A program made the translations under genes and the position numbers. A stretch of 63,891 bases of DNA, the filler included, from Mycoplasmatota bacterium (GTDB lineage: Bacteria > Bacillota_I > Bacilli_A > RF39 > UBA660): the NCBI GenBank assembly GCA_012727915.1. It is 5 parts of 5 records of this genome, joined end to end, with 100 filler letters (N's around TTAATTAATTAA, not from the genome) between each part and the next. Parts side by side here need not be neighbours in the genome. Positions count along the whole stretch, not along the records: positions 35,936 to 44,959 come from JAAYGD010000059.1; positions 45,060 to 63,891 come from JAAYGD010000060.1; 3 more parts are not named here. The stretch is one strand, 5' to 3'. Shown in pieces: positions 43,633 to 53,392 of the stretch. Positions within the stretch are counted from its first letter, which is position 1. Every line of letters starts with the position of its first letter. The notes beneath the pieces are model-generated. The model was not told the DNA's origin. It saw only the letters and a list, made by a program, of their open reading frames with translations, and made no database searches.

Positions 43633-44707
43633 ATTTTAAAACATATGGATTGGATTTGCTTCCATCTCCACTTAATATTGCAACATCTGATTTTAAAGAT
43701 ACTACAAAATGTGCATAGTGCTTTCCTATAGCATCTCTAGATATTAAACCTTCATTAGGATATATTCTAAACACCTTATGTGTTGTGCCTTTTACGGGAG
43801 TAATTGACCAATAACTTTTAAATGCTGCCATAAAGTTGTAATTTTTACATGACATCATAGTTGTAGGGCAATTAGGATCATTTGAAGCATTTAAATATTC
43901 ATTTACACTAGGTAATCCTATAAATTGATTATCAAATATTTTTTGACATTCTGCGCTTCCATCAGTTGTTTTATCTTCAATATCTCTTTCACCAATACAT
44001 AAATTTATAAAGGTAAGTTTTGATTTACTTTTGTTGGAAAAATTATCTGATTTGTTATAATAAGTTGTAACATAATCTTTAATTCTACTTATTTCGTATT
44101 TATTAACACCTAAAATTTTGTTTTTTTCTAAATTAAATCTATCATCCCAAACTCTACTAACAGCTTGATTGCCATTATACATAAGTTTAATACTTTTATC
44201 TTCCTCTATTTGAATTATTCTCCAATTTTTTCCTGCAAATTCAATATAATTATTTGGTTTATCACCTCTAAATACATATTTATTTCCAAATATAAACAAT
44301 CCATTAGTACCATCTTTTGTTTCTTCTTTTGCTAAAGATACCAAATGGTCATATAGTAACAATGTGTCATTTTTTATTCCACAATCTACATAAGGATTAT
44401 AAAAATATTCGTTATTTACATTTGTTACAGTAATATATGAAGAACAACTTTTAGGTGCTCCATATTGATCTGTAGTTTGTTTTAAGTATCCTCTTTCTAT
44501 TAATACATCTGAGGTCACTCTTTCCATCCCATAATTTGCACTAGGCAATAAATGGGGTTTTTCATTATAATACTTTTTGGCAGCTGCAATCAATTGATTT
44601 TCACTTGCGTTTGTTCCAATATTAGAATCTTGTACAAGTCTAACAACTAATAATATTACAACAATTAGTATAGTTACTATTATTATCCATCTTATTATTT
44701 TTTTCAT
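43631..44707 (-). CDS. Membrane-anchored surface protein (pilin-like N-terminus, DUF6273-like domain)
   Basis: N-term [51 protein letters not shown]. Confidence 0.65.
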   Translation of the reverse strand: MKKIIRWIIIVTILIVVILLVVRLVQDSNIGTNASENQLIAAAKKYYNEKPHLLPSANYGMERVTSDVLIERGYLKQTTDQYGAPKSCSSYITVTNVNNEYFYNPYVDCGIKNDTLLLYDHLVSLAKEETKDGTNGLFIFGNKYVFRGDKPNNYIEFAGKNWRIIQIEEDKSIKLMYNGNQAVSRVWDDRFNLEKNKILGVNKYEISRIKDYVTTYYNKSDNFSNKSKSKLTFINLCIGERDIEDKTTDGSAECQKIFDNQFIGLPSVNEYLNASNDPNCPTTMMSCKNYNFMAAFKSYWSITPVKGTTHKVFRIYPNEGLISRDAIGKHYAHFVVSLKSDVAILSGDGSKSNPYVLK

Positions 44708-44749
44708 ATTCTTTATTACACCTCATTTAAATTATATCATAATTTTATT

Positions 44750-44818
44750 TTATTTATTAACTAATCTATATAAATTAATAGATGGTTTATTAAATAATCT
44801 TATATCTAATACTGATGT
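44750..44818 (-). CDS. 3' end of a probable YkuE-like metallophosphoesterase
   Basis: [22 protein letters not shown] resembles GTS...R.FN.P.I C-terminal motif. Confidence 0.45.
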   Translation of the reverse strand, partial: TSVLDIRLFNKPSINLYRLVNK

Positions 44819-44959
44819 TATTGAGTCAGTTTCTGTAAAAGGTCCTTCAAAAACTATAAAATCTCATCACAATGTTGGTGGACTTCCTGATTGGATGAAG
44901 TTTGAACTTATTGAGCCTTTAAGAGAAATTTTTAAAGATGAAGTTAGAGAACTTGGACT
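44811..44959 (+). other. guaA: Internal fragment of GMP synthase, probably chimeric contig end
   Basis: [49 protein letters not shown]; upstream frame lacks expected LAQGTLY. Confidence 0.85.
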
Positions 44960-45059
44960 NNNNNNNNNNNNNNNNNNNNNNNNNNNNNNNNNNNNNNNNN
45001 NNNTTAATTAATTAANNNNNNNNNNNNNNNNNNNNNNNNNNNNNNNNNNNNNNNNNNNN
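44960..45059. other. Artificial contig-join spacer
   Basis: N run with TTAATTAATTAA. Confidence 0.98.
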
Positions 45060-45327
45060 CGTATTTTAATACAATGTATCCTTTTTCTTCATAATATTTA
45101 ACCCATTTATTGGTTTCTTCCTTATCACACAAGTCATATTTAGTCATTATCATTATTCTAAGCTTATCTTTAATAAGTTCATCAATATCTTTAATTTTTG
45201 ATGAATTTGGCATTCTAGAATCAATCAATTCAAAAACTAAATCTATTAATTTTAGATTTTCTTTTATTAATCTTTTTGTTTTAGCCATATGGCCAGGATA
45301 CCAATTAATATTAGTTTTATTATTCAT
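45060..45327 (-). CDS. rbgA: Ribosome biogenesis GTPase RbgA/YlqF (truncated)
   Basis: INWYPGHMAK, DSRMPNSS, TKYDL. Confidence 0.93.
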
Positions 45328-45349
45328 ATAATTTACTCCTTTATATTAA

Positions 45350-45724
45350 TTATTTATTAAATTTCCTTAATCTAAGAATAACATCTTTATGAGAATAATC
45401 ATCATATTTAGGAGCTTTCTCTATTTCTGGTATTAAAAAATCATCCCAATATTTTAGTTTAAAATGATAAGATATTATTCCATTTTCAGTATTTAATCCT
45501 GCGATAAAACAATCATTAAACATAGGATCATTTAGTTCATCATAATGTTTTTTTGATTTCCACGATTTATTAGGATATGTATTACATAATGCACAAAACA
45601 AAGCTTCTCTTTCCTCATATAAATCTTCAAATGAATGATTACCATCACAAATATCTTTAACCCTTAATCCATTATTTTTTAATGTTAAAATGTACTTGTT
45701 TAATTTTTCTATTTCATCTAACAT
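45350..45724 (-). CDS. WDGH-domain-like protein (phage-associated family)
   Basis: DGNHSFEDLY..R..LF..C, WKSKKH.D, FIAG..T..G.ISYH, W..F, APKYDDYS. Confidence 0.65.
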   Translation of the reverse strand: MLDEIEKLNKYILTLKNNGLRVKDICDGNHSFEDLYEEREALFCALCNTYPNKSWKSKKHYDELNDPMFNDCFIAGLNTENGIISYHFKLKYWDDFLIPEIEKAPKYDDYSHKDVILRLRKFNK

Positions 45725-45730
45725 TATAAA

Positions 45731-46258
45731 TCACTTCCTTTTACTAATAACACTATTTAAGCGATTTATATATCTTATTGGATTTAATTTTTTAATTACC
45801 TCATTTTGATCAATACTTACTTCTGGTATATAAATTCCAGTTTTAATTTCTATATAATCCGCGATTAATCTTCTATGACAAAATTCATCAATAGGTTCAT
45901 GACACAATAGAACTATATTATTTCCAAATTTTTCTTCAAAAGTATTTAATAATTCATTAATATTTAAATCTTTTAATCTAGTTTCGTAATAACTAAAAAT
46001 ATATTCATCTTCTATTTGTTTTCTATATTTAAGATATTCTTTTAACTTTAATGAGTCTTCTTTTAGAACCAGTAATTCTTTATATTTTTCTGAATAAGGA
46101 ATATAAGTAATTAATTTAGGAGCAAGTTTTTTATATGCATTTCCATAATAATTCCACGCTAAACCACCATCACCAGTAACAGATACAGTGTTTCCTAATT
46201 TAACATTACTATAATTTCCAGTCCCCAATATTATTCTAGAAACATTATCATTTTTCAT
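45731..46258 (-). CDS. DUF488-family protein
   Basis: YKKLAP, VLLCHEPIDEFCHRRLIADY (C.E...CHR signature). Confidence 0.75.
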   Translation of the reverse strand: MKNDNVSRIILGTGNYSNVKLGNTVSVTGDGGLAWNYYGNAYKKLAPKLITYIPYSEKYKELLVLKEDSLKLKEYLKYRKQIEDEYIFSYYETRLKDLNINELLNTFEEKFGNNIVLLCHEPIDEFCHRRLIADYIEIKTGIYIPEVSIDQNEVIKKLNPIRYINRLNSVISKRK

Positions 46259-46270
46259 AATATCTTCTTT

Positions 46271-46942
46271 CTATAATTTTATCTCTCTTTTTAATAAATA
46301 TATATCTATTTTCTTTTTTAATCTTAAAATTAAATATTTCTTTGGAATAATTTTTAATAACATTTCATTATTATTTATTAAGTTATTTAAATAATCTAAA
46401 AATAATTTATTTTTACTTAATAATAATTTTGGACCGAGTCTTAATTCTTTATTGCTATAATTTTCTTTCCCTTTTGTAAACATTATATTTGTATAATATA
46501 TATTATTATCTTTTATTATTGATTCTTTATTTATCAAATAACCAATTCTAGTAATATATTTTCTAATATCATATTCTTTTGTATTAGTTTGAATAATTAT
46601 TTTATTAATATTATTTAGATTATGTTTATAATCTTCAAGTATTTTTCTCATCTTAAAATAACCCATACCCGAGATTATAATAGTATTAATATCATCTGTA
46701 TTATTTAATACTTTAAGACCATCACCTAATCTTAAATCAATATTTACTTTATATTTATTAGAATTTTCTTTAGCTCTTTCTATAGCTTTTTCTACTATAT
46801 CGCTACATATAATATTAGATACTAATTTGTTCTTAATTAAATATATTCCTAATAGAGCATGATCACAACCAACATCAATTACTTTATCTTGTTTTGATAT
46901 ATATTTAGTTATTTCATTTAGTCTATTAGATAAACTAATCAT
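46271..46942 (-). CDS. trmK: tRNA (adenine22-N1)-methyltransferase
   Basis: LSNRL, DVGCDHA, RLGDGL, ISGMG; after sigA. Confidence 0.92.
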   Translation of the reverse strand: MISLSNRLNEITKYISKQDKVIDVGCDHALLGIYLIKNKLVSNIICSDIVEKAIERAKENSNKYKVNIDLRLGDGLKVLNNTDDINTIIISGMGYFKMRKILEDYKHNLNNINKIIIQTNTKEYDIRKYITRIGYLINKESIIKDNNIYYTNIMFTKGKENYSNKELRLGPKLLLSKNKLFLDYLNNLINNNEMLLKIIPKKYLILRLKKKIDIYLLKREIKL

Positions 46943-48014
46943 TTAAAAAATCCTTTAATTTTTTAGATCTAGATGGATGTTTTAATTTTCTTAAAGCTTT
47001 AGCTTCTATTTGTCTAATTCTTTCTCTTGTAACTCCAAAAATATTACCTACTTCTTCTAATGTTCTACTGGTTCCATCTTCTAAACCAAATCTTAACTTT
47101 AATACTTGTTTTTCTCTATCAGTTAAAGTATTTAATGCATCAGTAATAATATCTTTTAATACTTCATTAATTGCATATTCTTCTGGGCTTAGAGATGATT
47201 CATCTGGAATAAAATCCGAAACTGTGGAATCTTCATCTTCTCTTGTAGGTTTTTCCAAAGATACTGGATCAACATCTATTTTAATTATTTCTCTTACTTT
47301 ATCTGGAGATAATTCGATTTTTTCGGCTAATTCTTCTATAGTAGGATCTCTATTTAATTCTAAAGTTAATTGTCTTTGAAAACGTTTTAATTTATTAATT
47401 GTTTCAACCATGTGTTCTGGAATTCTAATAGTTTTAGCTTGATCTGCTATAGCTCTTGTAATAGCTTGTCTAATCCACCATGTAGCATATGTAGAAAATT
47501 TAAAACCTTTTGATGAATCAAACTTTTCTACTGCTTTCATTAATCCCATATTACCTTCTTGAATTAAATCCAAAAACGATAGTTTTCTACCTACATATCT
47601 TTTTGCAATGCTTACTACTAAACGAAGATTTGCTTCTGCTAACCTATTTTTAGCTTCTTGTTCTCCTTTAGTAACTCTTTCAGATAGCTCTAATTCTTCA
47701 TCTTGAGTTAATAAACTTATCTTTCCTATTTCTTTTAAATACATTCTAACAGGATCATTTATACTTATAGTTTTAGGAACTGATAAATCTTCTCCTCCAG
47801 CTACAGCAACAACTTCTTCTGTTGAATCTGCCTCTTCTGATACAACTTCAATCCCCATATCATGAAAAGTATTATATAGTTCATCTAAATTGTCTGCATC
47901 TAATTCTAATCCCTTTAATTCTTCCGCTAATTCTTCATATGTAATATATCCTTTATTTTTACCCTTTTTTATTAAATGTTTTTTTCTTAGTTCAAAACTT
48001 TTTATTTCATTCAT
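46935..48014 (-). CDS. sigA: Primary sigma factor SigA/RpoD
   Basis: [42 protein letters not shown]. Confidence 0.98.
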   Translation of the reverse strand: MNEIKSFELRKKHLIKKGKNKGYITYEELAEELKGLELDADNLDELYNTFHDMGIEVVSEEADSTEEVVAVAGGEDLSVPKTISINDPVRMYLKEIGKISLLTQDEELELSERVTKGEQEAKNRLAEANLRLVVSIAKRYVGRKLSFLDLIQEGNMGLMKAVEKFDSSKGFKFSTYATWWIRQAITRAIADQAKTIRIPEHMVETINKLKRFQRQLTLELNRDPTIEELAEKIELSPDKVREIIKIDVDPVSLEKPTREDEDSTVSDFIPDESSLSPEEYAINEVLKDIITDALNTLTDREKQVLKLRFGLEDGTSRTLEEVGNIFGVTRERIRQIEAKALRKLKHPSRSKKLKDFLND

Positions 48015-48015
48015 A

Positions 48016-49740
48016 TTATTCCCCTACTTTCAATCTTGTTATTTCATTTATTATTTCTATTTTTTTATCTTCATCTATTTCATTTTTAACTAAAGCATTA
48101 AGTCTTTTTATTTCTAACTCTCTTCCATAATCATTTAATATATCTATATAATTATGAATAGCTTCAATAGAATAATTCTCCGGAACATCAATATCATCTA
48201 CTTCTTTTAATGCTTCTAACAACTCCTCTTTTCCATTCAAATACGTTAAAAAATCTGCTATATCAAGTTTCTCATATTGTCTATAAAAATATACTAATTC
48301 ATTAGATAAAAATCTAAATACTTGATTTGGGAAGAAACATCTATTATTTTCAAATATTTTCAATACTTCTTCATATCTTATCATATAGAACATTAATTCT
48401 CTTTCAGCTCTATGATATTTATCTAATTTTACTTTTTCTTTTACTATTTGTTTTTCTTTTTCTTTTGGTTTAATCTTTTTAATTGAATTATTTATAGTAT
48501 TAATGCTTAATCCAGTATCAATTGATAAATTCTTTATAGTTATTTCTCTTATTAATTTATCATCTTCATTATCTAATTCGGATAAAACATCTTTAATATA
48601 TTTTGAAATAGCTTCACTATTATCGAAATTAGTATTCATTTTATAATATTCAATTTTATAATCCAAATATGTTTTAGAATTCTTAATTTTTTCTTCAAAC
48701 TTTTCTACTCCATATTTATCAACAAATTCTTCTGGATCTAAATTATCATTTAATCTTATTATATTTGGTTTTACTCCAGCTTTAATAAATTCATTAGCGC
48801 ATGATATTGTAGCAATTTCTCCAGCATTATCTCCATCAAAACACAATATTATATTATTAGACATTTTCTTAATAATTGATATTTGATTTGATGTTACTGC
48901 TGTTCCCATAGTCGCAATAACATTTTTTATTCCAAATCTATATAAACCAATAACATCCATAAATCCTTCAGTAATAATTAAAGATTTCTTTTTCTTTGCT
49001 TCATCTTTTGCTCTTTTATAATTATATATTAATTCACCTTTATGAAATATATCACTATCTTTAGAATTAATATATTTAGCTTGATCTGAATCTTCATATA
49101 TTCTTCCACTAAAACCCACTATTTTATCATTTAAATCATAAAGTGGAAACATTATTCTATTTAAAAATGTATCATGAATTCTTTCATTAGATTGACTTAC
49201 AATTCCAGATTTTAATAACAAATCATCATTATAATTTTTACTTTTTAATAGCTCATATAACTTACTATTAGTAGATAATCCAATTTGAAATTCTTTAATA
49301 ATATTATCATCTATTTTTCTTCTTTTTAAATATTCAATAGCTTTTATTCCATCTTTAGTTTTTAAATTATTTTGATAATATTTGTTTGACATATCATAAA
49401 TATCATATAATTCTTTAAATTTATCATTTGATTTTTGTTTATAATCTATTATATCTATAGGAATATTTACTTTATTTGCGACTATCTTAACAGATTCTAA
49501 AAAGGATATATTTTCATAATCCATAATAAAGTTAAATACATTACCAGAAGCACCACATACAAAACATTTGTATATTTGTTTTTCTCTAGATATACTCATA
49601 CTTGGATTATGATCATCATGAAAAGGACATAGTGCAAAATAGTTTTTTCCTTTTTGTTCTAATGGTATGTATTCACTAATTATATCAACTATATCTGATT
49701 TTTGTCTTATCTCAATTATTTTCTCTTGACTTAAAGCCAT
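48016..49740 (-). CDS. dnaG: DNA primase
   Basis: CPFH..C..C Zn, KYINS, EGFMDV, FDGDNAG. Confidence 0.97.
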   Translation of the reverse strand: MALSQEKIIEIRQKSDIVDIISEYIPLEQKGKNYFALCPFHDDHNPSMSISREKQIYKCFVCGASGNVFNFIMDYENISFLESVKIVANKVNIPIDIIDYKQKSNDKFKELYDIYDMSNKYYQNNLKTKDGIKAIEYLKRRKIDDNIIKEFQIGLSTNSKLYELLKSKNYNDDLLLKSGIVSQSNERIHDTFLNRIMFPLYDLNDKIVGFSGRIYEDSDQAKYINSKDSDIFHKGELIYNYKRAKDEAKKKKSLIITEGFMDVIGLYRFGIKNVIATMGTAVTSNQISIIKKMSNNIILCFDGDNAGEIATISCANEFIKAGVKPNIIRLNDNLDPEEFVDKYGVEKFEEKIKNSKTYLDYKIEYYKMNTNFDNSEAISKYIKDVLSELDNEDDKLIREITIKNLSIDTGLSINTINNSIKKIKPKEKEKQIVKEKVKLDKYHRAERELMFYMIRYEEVLKIFENNRCFFPNQVFRFLSNELVYFYRQYEKLDIADFLTYLNGKEELLEALKEVDDIDVPENYSIEAIHNYIDILNDYGRELEIKRLNALVKNEIDEDKKIEIINEITRLKVGE

Positions 49741-49774
49741 AAAAACACCTATATCTTTAATATTCTACATCAAA

Positions 49775-50419
49775 CTAGAAATTCCCCTTTATTTTTGATA
49801 TTTTTTTATTTTCTTCATGCTTATCTTTAGAATAATCTAATAAAGTACTTATTACATTGTTTCCAAAATTATTTTCATTCAAACCAATACCTTTGTTCCA
49901 AAGGATAAACCTTCTATTTGGATATAAATTATTTAAATAAAACGCTAACCCCAAATCTAAAAAAGAAACTATGCTTGTTTTATCATAATTAATAACAACG
50001 TTATTTGATTTTCCTATATTTTCCAAATTATCTATATATGATTTATAATCAAAATCTTCAAGTTTATTAAAACTATCATTTTTTGAAAAGAACACTTCCA
50101 TTTCTTCTTCTTCAAATTGCTCTTTTATTTCTTCGCCGTTTTTAGAAACAAAATCAGATGTCGCAATAATAAAATAATTTGAAAGATAATTAGGAGACAA
50201 AAAATCTTCTTTTTCATGTTTTTTCATCCAATAATTATAAATATTATTATACAAATTATCTTTTGTATCATTTACTATATTTAATTTTCTATCTGATAAT
50301 AAAAGCATTCCTAAATAAAACATATTTCTTTTATGATCATCAGTTATCTCTAAATCCTCTGCAGATGAATTAAATACAATATCCAAATAATCTTTATTTA
50401 TGTCTTTATAATTTAACAT
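49775..50419 (-). CDS. Hypothetical protein
   Basis: GAGGTG RBS, no recognisable motif. Confidence 0.65.
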   Translation of the reverse strand: MLNYKDINKDYLDIVFNSSAEDLEITDDHKRNMFYLGMLLLSDRKLNIVNDTKDNLYNNIYNYWMKKHEKEDFLSPNYLSNYFIIATSDFVSKNGEEIKEQFEEEEMEVFFSKNDSFNKLEDFDYKSYIDNLENIGKSNNVVINYDKTSIVSFLDLGLAFYLNNLYPNRRFILWNKGIGLNENNFGNNVISTLLDYSKDKHEENKKISKIKGNF

Positions 50420-50451
50420 ATACACCTCACAAGGTTATATATTATATCATA

Positions 50452-50479
50452 AAAAAATCAAGTTAAACTTGATATTTTT
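50452..50479 (-). terminator. Terminator after the 742-aa gene
   Basis: AAAAAAATCAAGT-TAA-ACTTGATATTTTT. Confidence 0.65.
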
Positions 50480-52707
50480 TATTTATTATTTCTTCTAGAC
50501 AATATTTTGGGAACTCCTTGTGTTATTTCAATATCTTGACTCCAATCATCTAAAATTACATCTTTTCTTCCAAAATTTTTATAATCAAAAGATATATATT
50601 CTATTTCTCCTTTTTCATTAGAATAAGTTTCCATTATTGTAGCACTCATTATATTTGCTAAATTAAGTTTTTGAGAAAAAGAACTCTTATCTGTCAAACA
50701 ACCCACTAATGACCCAAATATATTTCTATATAAAAAGTCATAAGTTTTATGGTAATGATTATCAATAAATACCTTTGGCTTGTAATTTGACTCTAAATTT
50801 TCTAATTGCTTTTGTAAATTATAAGATCTTGAAGCGGCTGATCCACCACCCGGATGATTTGCGGTTATAACAACAGCAGATTTTCTATCTTTTGTCATTA
50901 AATTATAATTCCCACATCTTCCTTCTCTTATTGCGTTTCTCAATACTTCTCTTTCTCTTGGATTTAATTCAGGAACATTTGGATTAAGAAAGAATTTATT
51001 ACCATTAATTGCAAAAGTCGCAATATCTTGTCCAATATAAAACATATCTTTTCTTGCTTGAGATAAATGATATCCTAATGAAGCACCACCGTTTTTTAGA
51101 TGAGTTTCATCATGACTTCCTGTATCTAACAACCAATTAAATCCAGGAACTTGCTCAATTGTTCTCATAACATCATCATATTGCTCATCAAAGCCTCTTG
51201 ATTTTAAAGCGTATTGCTCTTCAGGTCTTATTCTTATATAATCTCCTTGAGTTAAATCTCCATTAATCAATCCGATAGTTATCCCTCTGTCAATTGCCCA
51301 ATTATGTACATTTTTAACCATTGTAGGTTGTTGTCTTTTAGCACCTAAATGAAGATCTCCTATTATTAAAATAGATGATTTAATTAAATCTTCTTTAGAA
51401 GGTTTAGTGTGTTTCTTAGGAATCTTTCCTCTTTTATCTACCATTATTACTTCTTGAGGTTTAGCATTTTGATTTTCTTCTGAACGTTGTATTTTATAAG
51501 TATTAATCTTTTTTCCATATAATTTAAATAAATCGAACAATCCATCTACTTCATCTGGATTTAAGCCCAATGTGCTTGCAACTTCTTCTAACGATGTATC
51601 GTTTTTAATCATTCTATAATAAGCATCAATTTTTTTTGCAATATCAGGTTTTTTAATCTTAGGTTCTGCATTAGCATTTATAACATCTCTAACGCCTTTA
51701 ATAGGTTTTGCAGTTAAATAGTCATCTTTATTAGTAACAAAATATGGAACCCTTATCGACTTAATATTATCTAAAGTACCATCTTTTTTAAAAGACAATT
51801 CCATTTCCCAAGCTCCAATGGTATTTGGCCATGATCTATCATCCATTTCGCTAGTAGTTGCTACCAGCGATGGAATTGAAAATGCCTCCATCTCCCTATA
51901 ATTTGGTAAGTGTTCCATTTGAAGTAATCCACCATTTAATACTATATCCGGTTTATCTTCACTTCTTTTTGATTTTAAATATTGTTCCAATAAATATGAA
52001 ACAGTATATGTTTTTCTAGTTCCATGATGTCTTACCAAAATTTTTGTATCATTTACTTTTAATATACCATTTAATTCACCCAAAAAATGCATATCATCTC
52101 TTATTCCCTCTAGTCTTTTACCTATAGGTCTTTCAAAGGCATTATTGTGTGTAGCATCTTTATCACCCGTAATAAAATAAGTTTTCATTCCTTCAAGGTG
52201 AGGGTACATTTTAATAAATCTTTCAATTTGAGAATAGGTATCTTTTAAAAATAAAGTATTATAATATTTACTTCTTTTTGTTTTACCATTACTAGGATAT
52301 AACCCTTCAGTCAAATCACCACTTATTATTATTGTTCTACATCCAGAGTTATATGCATTTTGTATTGCATTTTGATATATTGTTGGTTGCTCATAAATAG
52401 AACCTGTTCTTAAATCTGAAATCACTAGAACCTTAAATGGTTCATCTATAGGTGTCTTAATATGAATTTCATTTTGTTTTATATTAATATCTCTAATATA
52501 ATTTAAATATAATTCCCCACCTCTTTGACTAATAGTAAGTGGATATCCATCAGCTTTTATTTCTTCTAATGCTTTAGATATTTCAAATATAGATATTTCA
52601 AAGTTTTTTTCCAACTCTTTTAATTCTATTTCTCCTTGTTTAGAATTACTCCTGATAAAATTTAATAAGAGAACTTTATTCATCTCTAAATCAGTATATT
52701 TTCCCAT
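50479..52707 (-). CDS. Tandem (wHTH + calcineurin-like metallophosphoesterase) x2 protein
   Basis: Unit 1: SDLRTG, SGDLTEG, GDKD, HHG, NGGLL; unit 2: GDLHLG, NGDLTQG, GSHD, HPGGGS, NHYH; each preceded by an HTH-like segment. Confidence 0.8.
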   Translation of the reverse strand: MGKYTDLEMNKVLLLNFIRSNSKQGEIELKELEKNFEISIFEISKALEEIKADGYPLTISQRGGELYLNYIRDINIKQNEIHIKTPIDEPFKVLVISDLRTGSIYEQPTIYQNAIQNAYNSGCRTIIISGDLTEGLYPSNGKTKRSKYYNTLFLKDTYSQIERFIKMYPHLEGMKTYFITGDKDATHNNAFERPIGKRLEGIRDDMHFLGELNGILKVNDTKILVRHHGTRKTYTVSYLLEQYLKSKRSEDKPDIVLNGGLLQMEHLPNYREMEAFSIPSLVATTSEMDDRSWPNTIGAWEMELSFKKDGTLDNIKSIRVPYFVTNKDDYLTAKPIKGVRDVINANAEPKIKKPDIAKKIDAYYRMIKNDTSLEEVASTLGLNPDEVDGLFDLFKLYGKKINTYKIQRSEENQNAKPQEVIMVDKRGKIPKKHTKPSKEDLIKSSILIIGDLHLGAKRQQPTMVKNVHNWAIDRGITIGLINGDLTQGDYIRIRPEEQYALKSRGFDEQYDDVMRTIEQVPGFNWLLDTGSHDETHLKNGGASLGYHLSQARKDMFYIGQDIATFAINGNKFFLNPNVPELNPREREVLRNAIREGRCGNYNLMTKDRKSAVVITANHPGGGSAASRSYNLQKQLENLESNYKPKVFIDNHYHKTYDFLYRNIFGSLVGCLTDKSSFSQKLNLANIMSATIMETYSNEKGEIEYISFDYKNFGRKDVILDDWSQDIEITQGVPKILSRRNNK

Positions 52708-52723
52708 TTTTTACCTCCTCCAC

Positions 52724-52760
52724 AAAAAAATGTAATAGATGGCGAAAATCTATTACATTT
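52724..52760 (-). terminator. Leader terminator immediately upstream of the RBS of the 742-aa gene
   Basis: 13-bp perfect stem 52728-52740/52748-52760 with T7 tail on the minus strand, then GTGGAGGAGG. Confidence 0.75.
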
Positions 52761-52766
52761 AATATT

Positions 52767-52793
52767 TTAATTGTTTTTTCCTATTACAATCAT
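52767..52793 (-). CDS. Putative 8-aa leader peptide MIVIGKNN
   Basis: GGGAGGT RBS at 52798-52804; ATG ATT GTA ATA GGA AAA AAC AAT TAA ending 6 nt before the terminator stem. Confidence 0.55.
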   Translation of the reverse strand: MIVIGKNN

Positions 52794-52943
52794 CTCAACC
52801 TCCCTATTTTTTATGTTCAACCTAATATAATATAATTATACTTTAGTATAGTTTTTTTTGAAAGGTTTTTTATCAAAATTGATATAAATAATACACAACT
52901 AAACATTTGATTGTCCTTTTTTTACATAAATGTTTTTATTATT

Positions 52944-53072
52944 TTAATAAGTGTTAAAAATTGATTCTCCAACATTTGTGAATGTATGAATTGTATATCC
53001 ATTATTAGAGGTAATTGTTCCTCCCGTTGCTTTTTGATCACCTTTATATTTTATTATGATACCACTAACAAT
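52944..53072 (-). pseudogene. Remnant C-terminus of a glycine-rich-domain surface/tail protein
   Basis: IVSGIIIKYKGDQKATGGTITSNNGYTIHTFTNVG..*; no start codon, TAA directly upstream. Confidence 0.6.
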
Positions 53073-53083
53073 TTATATACATA

Positions 53084-53392
53084 TTATATATAAATTTTAT
53101 AAATATTATTAAAATTTATCTTTATATTTCCAATTACTAAAAATTTATAAATAAAATCTATATTAGAAACCAATCCATTTATTTTTATATACTCTTTATT
53201 TGAATAATATATTAATTCTATATTATTACCCTTTTTTATTTCCTTTATTTTATTAGATAATTCTTCATATTCATCTTCAGATAAATTCTTTTTTAAATCT
53301 TTAATTTTTTCTTTTTCTTCCAATAAAGTTCTAAATCCTCTTAATGAATCAAATGGTGCGAACTGTTTAGCTCTATTAAAATTATTCTCCAC
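53084..53392 (-). CDS. YolD-like accessory protein
   Basis: RAKQFAPFDSLRG; downstream of Y-family polymerase. Confidence 0.85.
   Translation of the reverse strand: MENNFNRAKQFAPFDSLRGFRTLLEEKEKIKDLKKNLSEDEYEELSNKIKEIKKGNNIELIYYSNKEYIKINGLVSNIDFIYKFLVIGNIKINFNNIYKIYI

Noticed and set aside
44811..44959. guaA as integration site or genuine host gene
   Set aside because: Fragment is mid-gene, at a contig end, and abuts an unrelated antisense gene tail; a chimera is simpler
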